Positions 25,013-32,000 of a stretch of 32,000 bases of DNA are shown one piece after another (the first letter of the stretch is position 1; each line of letters opens with the position of its first letter). Location: contig NZ_LN831024.1 of NCBI RefSeq assembly GCF_001457615.1, positions 3,210,001-3,242,000 of the forward strand. Direction: 5' to 3'. A program made the position numbers and the translations under genes. The notes below the pieces were generated by a model that made no database searches, had not been told where the DNA came from, and saw only the letters and a program-made list of their open reading frames with translations. This DNA comes from Pseudomonas aeruginosa (GTDB taxonomy: Bacteria; Pseudomonadota; Gammaproteobacteria; Pseudomonadales; Pseudomonadaceae).

Positions 25013-27607
25013 TCAAGGGCGGCGCGCAGCATGGCCCTCGGCGGAAACCTGTGGCGCCTGGGTCTGCCCCGCCTCGCGCGCCAGCAGGTCGCGCAGGCCC
25101 TGCGCATCCAGCGGCCGGCTGAGCAGGAATCCTTGCAGTTCGTGGCATTGCTCGTCGCGCAGGATATGCATCTGCCCTTCGGTCTCCACCCCCTCGGCGG
25201 TGACCCGCAGGTTCAGGGCGTTGCCGAGATTGATGATGGCCTGCACGATCGAACGGTCGCGCCCGGTCTTCTCCATGCTGGCGACGAAGCGCTTGTCGAT
25301 CTTGATGCTGTCGAAGGGATAGGTGCGCAGGTAGCCGAGCGAGGAATAGCCGGTACCGAAGTCGTCCATGTTGAGGCGGACGCCCAGCTCCTTGAGGGCC
25401 GTCATGGTCCGCAGCGCGCCATCGACATCGTTGAGCATGACGTTCTCGGTGACTTCCAGCTCCAGCCGGCGAGCATCCAGGCGGGCCAGGCGCAGGGCCT
25501 CGCGCACCTGCCAGACGATATCGCCGGTCATGAACTGCGCCGGCGACACGTTCACCGAGACCATCACCTCGCCTGGCCAGCTGGCGGCGGTGGCGCAGGC
25601 CTCGCGCAGCACCCAGTTGCCGATCTGTACGATCAGGTCGCTTTCTTCCGCCAGGCCGATGAACTCGTCCGGGCCGATCAGCCCGCGGCGCGGATGGTTC
25701 CAGCGGATCAACGCCTCCGCCGAGGCGATCGTCTGTTCCTGCGCCAGGAAACGCGGCTGGTAGTACAACTCGAACTCGCCGTTCTGCAAGGCGGCGCGCA
25801 ACTCGGTCTCGCGCAGCTTCTTCTCGGCGAGATGGGAGTCCATGGCTTCCAAGTAGAAACGCCAGGTATTGCGCCCCGCGGCCTTGGCCTCGTACATCGC
25901 CACGTCGGCGCAACGCAGCAGGCCGCGCGGATCGCCGCCGTGCTCCGGCGCCAGGGCCACGCCGATGCTGGCGCCGACATGGAAGCTGTGCCCTTCGTAG
26001 GCGACCTCGCGGTTGATCACGTCGATCAGCCGGCTACAGAACTTCTCGATTTCCAGCTTCGACGACACGTGGGTACTGACCACCACGAACTCGTCGCCGC
26101 CGAGCCGGGCAACCATGTCCTGGTCGCGGGTCGAGGCGCGCAGCCGTTCGGCGATGGCGTAGAGCACCGCATCGCCGGCGGGATGGCCGTGCTGGTCGTT
26201 GATCGGCTTGAAGCGGTCGAGGTCGAGCATCAGTACCGCTACCGGCGACTTGCCAGCCTTTTCCGCCAGCAGGCGTTCGAGGAACTGGAACAGCTTGTTG
26301 CGGTTCGGCAGGCCGGTCAGGGCATCGTGCAGGGACAGATGCTGGATCTTCGCATGGGCTTCGACCTCGTCGGTGATGTCGGCCGCCGTGCCGCGATAGC
26401 CGCTGGCGACGCCGTTGCGGATCGCGCTGGCGCTCAGCTTGCCGACCCGCGCCTGGCCCTGGCTGTCGCGGAAAGCGCAGACCAGGCTGGACGGCGCACC
26501 GGCATCGGGCAGCCCTTCCAGCCACTTGACGATGTTCACCGTATCGCTATCCAGCAACTCGTCCAGCCGCCGCCCGATCCAGGCCTCCGGCTGGTAGCCG
26601 GTGACGTCGCGGAAGCGCACGGAGAGATAGGTGAAGACGAAATGCCCGTCGACTTCCCAGATCCAGTCCGAGGCCGCCTCGGCTATCGACTTGAAACGTT
26701 CCTCGCTGGCCAGCAGGGCCTGGTTGCTGCGTTTCAGGACCTTCTGCTGGCGATCCACCGCGCGGGCGTTGAGCACGGCGCTGCGGCTCAGCCAGAACAG
26801 CAGCCCGGCGGCGAGCACGAAGATTCCCAGCAGCGGCAACGCGGTCTCCCGCAGCATGGCGCTACCCGGACGCGACGACACCCAGGCCAGGCGATGGGGA
26901 GTGCCCTCCAGGGCAAGGCTTTCCTTGTCGCCCGCCGCACCGCCGGCCAGCAGGTGCAGGTTGGCGATGCCGTAGTCGCCGCCGAGCTTGGCCAGCTTCA
27001 CCGGGGTCAGCCGGTCGACGAAGACCATCACCGAGGCCTTGGCCAGGTCGATGGGCGCATGATCGCTGGTGGGCTTGATCGCCGAGGCGACCAGGATCGC
27101 CGGTGCGCCGTCGAAGTCGACGTAGCGGCTGATCGCCGCCTCGTCCACCGCGGCGCGGCGGGCGGCGCTGAGGATGTCTCCGGCATCGGCGCCCAGCGAG
27201 TCGGCCAGCGAGCGTTCGGAAAGCTCGCCCTCGAGCATGGCGTAGCGAGTGCCACGGTCGTCGATGACGAAGACGCCGTCGTAGCCATTGGTGGTGTAGA
27301 GCACCGAGCCGAGGTTGTTCTTGGTGAAGGCCCAGTCCACGTCGACCCGGTTTCCCAGATAGACGTAGGCGTCGGTCCAGAAGGAATAGGTGGTGGAGAA
27401 CTGCTCGGAATTTTCCCGGCGATTCTGCAGCGCCTTTTCCACGTAGAAATGGCTCTGCTCGATGGCGATGTCGTCCTGGTGCCTGGCGATGTGCAGGATC
27501 GCCCAGCCGCATGCACCGAGGGCGAGGAAAAGGGCGGCCAGGAACATTAGGAGATGCTTGGAGACCTGGGAGACTGCGGTACCGCTGGCAATCGCTGAAG
27601 CAAGCAT
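25013..27607 (-). CDS. Membrane c-di-GMP turnover protein: CHASE4-like periplasmic sensor, PAS, GGDEF and EAL domains (864 aa)
   Basis: Track ORF 25013..27607 with AAGGA about 10 nt upstream. Two TM segments ([23 protein letters not shown] and [17 protein letters not shown]) flank a periplasmic domain of about 230 aa. The PAS segment is [19 protein letters not shown]. The GGDEF site is intact ([10 protein letters not shown]). The EAL site is also intact ([27 protein letters not shown]). Confidence 0.9.
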   Translation of the reverse strand: MLASAIASGTAVSQVSKHLLMFLAALFLALGACGWAILHIARHQDDIAIEQSHFYVEKALQNRRENSEQFSTTYSFWTDAYVYLGNRVDVDWAFTKNNLGSVLYTTNGYDGVFVIDDRGTRYAMLEGELSERSLADSLGADAGDILSAARRAAVDEAAISRYVDFDGAPAILVASAIKPTSDHAPIDLAKASVMVFVDRLTPVKLAKLGGDYGIANLHLLAGGAAGDKESLALEGTPHRLAWVSSRPGSAMLRETALPLLGIFVLAAGLLFWLSRSAVLNARAVDRQQKVLKRSNQALLASEERFKSIAEAASDWIWEVDGHFVFTYLSVRFRDVTGYQPEAWIGRRLDELLDSDTVNIVKWLEGLPDAGAPSSLVCAFRDSQGQARVGKLSASAIRNGVASGYRGTAADITDEVEAHAKIQHLSLHDALTGLPNRNKLFQFLERLLAEKAGKSPVAVLMLDLDRFKPINDQHGHPAGDAVLYAIAERLRASTRDQDMVARLGGDEFVVVSTHVSSKLEIEKFCSRLIDVINREVAYEGHSFHVGASIGVALAPEHGGDPRGLLRCADVAMYEAKAAGRNTWRFYLEAMDSHLAEKKLRETELRAALQNGEFELYYQPRFLAQEQTIASAEALIRWNHPRRGLIGPDEFIGLAEESDLIVQIGNWVLREACATAASWPGEVMVSVNVSPAQFMTGDIVWQVREALRLARLDARRLELEVTENVMLNDVDGALRTMTALKELGVRLNMDDFGTGYSSLGYLRTYPFDSIKIDKRFVASMEKTGRDRSIVQAIINLGNALNLRVTAEGVETEGQMHILRDEQCHELQGFLLSRPLDAQGLRDLLAREAGQTQAPQVSAEGHAARRP

Positions 27608-27740
27608 CGATTCGCCATCCTTGTGACCGTATAGGTGCGGGCCTTGGTCACTGTCTTATAGTTAAGCATCCAGGGGGCGTCAAAAACCCCGCTTGGCAAG
27701 CGCATCGGCGCCGAAGATGCGGCTGCCGCTCCCGCAAAGG

Positions 27741-27771
27741 CGCGCGCCGCCGCTGGCCTCGGCGGCGCGCG
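27741..27771 (-). terminator. GC stem-loop immediately after fusA2
   Basis: CGCGCGCCGCCG (27741-27752) pairs perfectly over 12 bp with CGGCGGCGCGCG (27760-27771) across a 7-nt loop. It lies 7 nt after the TGA on the minus strand and is followed only by a short CCTTT. Confidence 0.55.
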
Positions 27772-27778
27772 GCGGCTC

Positions 27779-29887
<2,109 letters not shown>

Positions 29888-30162
29888 GATCTGCCCCTTG
29901 GGTGCTGCCCTGGATGATGGGAACGACTGCTGAAAGAAAAATGTAGCTGAAGAAAGGACGCCACAGCACCGCCGCGACGCCTGCTTTTCGACCTCGGCAG
30001 AGGGGACTGGTTCTGCCGCTCCGGCCCGCCGACGAAAGGCGCAACGGCAGGGCTTGTTCCCAGCGGACATAAACTCATGGCGCAAAGGTCTAAGCCGTCC
30101 CTGGAAAATCCCCCGGCTCGACGGACATCCGTGGACACACCGGAACAAGGGATGCCCCGACC

Positions 30163-32000
30163 ATGCACCGATCGCTCCACACCGACCCGCCGCTGGGCGC
30201 CGCCCTGCTGCTGGCCCTGCAGCTCGCTCCCGGCAGCGCCGCCGCGGCGGAGGGACAGGCGCCTGTCGACCCGCCCACGGTCCAGTTGCAACGAATCGAG
30301 GTGACCGGTAGCGCGATCCGCCGGGTCGATGCGGAAACCGCGGTGCCGATCAGCGTCCTGCGCGCCGAGGAGCTGCGCCAACAGGGCGTGACCAGCACCG
30401 AGGAACTGATCGGCCGGCTTTCCGGCAACCAGGGCGTATACAACTCCAGTCGCTCGGTCGGCAGCGCCACCGGCGGCGCCTCGTTCGCCGACCTGCGCGG
30501 GATCGGCGCGAACAAGACCCTGGTGCTGCTCAACGGCCGGCGCCTGGCGAACAATGCCATCGACGGCTCCGCCGTGGATCTCAACACCATTCCCTTCGCC
30601 GCCATCGACCGGGTCGAGGTGCTGCGCGACGGCGCCTCCGCACTGTACGGCACCGATGCCATCGGCGGGGTGATCAACTTCATCACCCGCAAGAGCCTGA
30701 ACGAAGGCCGCGTCGACAGCGGCTACGCCTCCCCCACCCACGACGGCGGCGGCAACCAGCGCAACGTCAGCGCTAGCTGGGGCTTCGGCGAGCTGGAGGA
30801 GGATCGCTTCAATGTCTTCGCGGTGGCCAACTACGACAAGCAGGAACGCCTCGGCGCCAAGGACCGCGGCTACACCTACAACTACCAGCCGGGACGCGGC
30901 CTCGACTACAGCTCCGGCACCGCCTTCCCCGGCAACTGGAGCCAGGGCGCCAACGCCAGCAATCCGCTGGCCGCCGGCGGTTGCAAGGGCGCCGACCTGA
31001 TCCCGCGCAACGGCATCTGCCGGCAGAGCCTGTGGCGCTACCTCGACCTGGTGCCGGAAACCGAGAAGACCTCGGTGTTCAGCCGCGCCACCGGCAAGCT
31101 GGCCGACGAGCACAACGTCAGTCTGGAGTACTTCTGGTCGCGCAACGACAACGCTACCCAGGTCGGCCCAGGGACCCTCACCGGCCTGCAGATCGATCCC
31201 GGCACCGCCTTCTATCCCGGCAACGGCATCACTCCCGGTCCCGGCGGCTTCGTCCTCGACCCGAGCCGGCCGGTGGAGGTCAACTGGCGGCAGAGCGTGC
31301 TCGGGCCGCGCCTGCAATCCTCGCAGAACACCGGCCAGCGCCTGCTGCTCGGCTTCGACGGCCAGTTCGCCGGCTGGGACTACGATATCGGCGCCTCGTA
31401 CAACCAGAACAAGGTGGTCGACCATATCCACAGCGGCTACGTCGACGATCGCGCCGCCGCCCTCGGCATCGCCAACGGGACGCTGAACCCGTTCGGGCCG
31501 CAGACCGACGCCGGCCTCGCCTACCTCGGCAGCCATGCCCTGAGCGGCGACTTCCGTACCTCGGTCGGCCGCGTCAAGGGCCTGGACGCCCGCGCCAGCC
31601 GGGAGATCGGCGACTGGTTCGGCGCCGGGCCGGCGGCCCTGGCGCTGGGCGGCGAGTTCCGCAAGGAAGCGTTCCACCAGGACATCCAGGACTTCGCCGG
31701 CAACGTGCAGAGCCTCGGCGTCGATCCCGCCGCCACGGTCAGCGGCGAGCGCAACCTGAAGGCGCAGTACGCCGAACTCAACGTGCCGGTGCTGGACAGC
31801 CTGGAACTCAGCGCGGCGATCCGCCACGACAAGTACAGCGACTTCGGCAGCACCAGCAACCCGAAATATTCGTTCCGCTTCCAGCCGTTCCGCCAGTTGG
31901 TCCTGCGCGGCGCCTACAGCGAAGGTTTCCGTGCGCCGTCGCTGTACGAACTGTACAACCCGACCTTCACCACCTATACCAGCGCCAACTACGACGACCC
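30163..32000 (+). CDS. TonB-dependent outer-membrane receptor, without a signalling extension; partial, runs off the right edge
   Basis: Absent from the ORF track because there is no stop codon in the window. From ATG 30163 it reads [31 protein letters not shown]...[11 protein letters not shown] (TonB-box region). The plug motifs are [18 protein letters not shown] and [30 protein letters not shown]. The frame stays open with barrel-like sequence to position 32000. Confidence 0.85.
   Translation, partial: MHRSLHTDPPLGAALLLALQLAPGSAAAAEGQAPVDPPTVQLQRIEVTGSAIRRVDAETAVPISVLRAEELRQQGVTSTEELIGRLSGNQGVYNSSRSVGSATGGASFADLRGIGANKTLVLLNGRRLANNAIDGSAVDLNTIPFAAIDRVEVLRDGASALYGTDAIGGVINFITRKSLNEGRVDSGYASPTHDGGGNQRNVSASWGFGELEEDRFNVFAVANYDKQERLGAKDRGYTYNYQPGRGLDYSSGTAFPGNWSQGANASNPLAAGGCKGADLIPRNGICRQSLWRYLDLVPETEKTSVFSRATGKLADEHNVSLEYFWSRNDNATQVGPGTLTGLQIDPGTAFYPGNGITPGPGGFVLDPSRPVEVNWRQSVLGPRLQSSQNTGQRLLLGFDGQFAGWDYDIGASYNQNKVVDHIHSGYVDDRAAALGIANGTLNPFGPQTDAGLAYLGSHALSGDFRTSVGRVKGLDARASREIGDWFGAGPAALALGGEFRKEAFHQDIQDFAGNVQSLGVDPAATVSGERNLKAQYAELNVPVLDSLELSAAIRHDKYSDFGSTSNPKYSFRFQPFRQLVLRGAYSEGFRAPSLYELYNPTFTTYTSANYDD

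Noticed and set aside
29888-30162. Possible cobalamin or other riboswitch in the leader of the TonB-dependent receptor gene
   Set aside because: I could not find a B12-box-like element or the conserved GGTG..AATCC / GCCACTG core by eye. Only generic hairpins are present. This is left as a low-interest item to be scanned with covariance models.

Overview
Very GC-rich chromosomal segment; third codon positions in the real genes are almost all G/C. From memory and unverified, gene content and order match Pseudomonas aeruginosa PAO1 PA2093 to PA2070, read in reverse. I support 22 protein-coding genes (two cut by the window edges) and one gene relic. I found no tRNA, rRNA, CRISPR array or mobile element. 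Left to right: (1) 1-12749, minus strand: a partial FecI-type ECF sigma gene preceded by ten tightly packed, partly overlapping genes. These are Rieske oxygenase alpha, AsnB-like amidotransferase, oxygenase beta, alpha/beta hydrolase, a four-Cys hypothetical, a SAM methyltransferase, a TonB-dependent transducer with a signalling domain, a luciferase-like monooxygenase and two MFS transporters. (2) 12951-17017: the kynurenine module kynR / kynB-kynU plus an APC amino-acid permease. (3) 17303-21121: two tandem secreted paralogues, each with two CXXCH haem-c motifs and a MauG/CCP-type distal motif (RoxA-like size). (4) 21158-24621: a LysR regulator, a 465-bp ORF-free region, a 69-aa helical protein and a 553-aa acidic/coiled-coil protein. 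(5) About 24692-24892: an internal fragment of a carbon-nitrogen hydrolase. (6) 25013-32000: a CHASE4-PAS-GGDEF-EAL protein, the second EF-G paralogue fusA2, and a divergent partial TonB-dependent receptor. The best candidates for an uncharacterised system are the ECF/transducer-linked enzyme-transport cluster and the tandem dihaem pair. Many long ORFs in the track are antisense or out-of-frame GC artefacts and were rejected.
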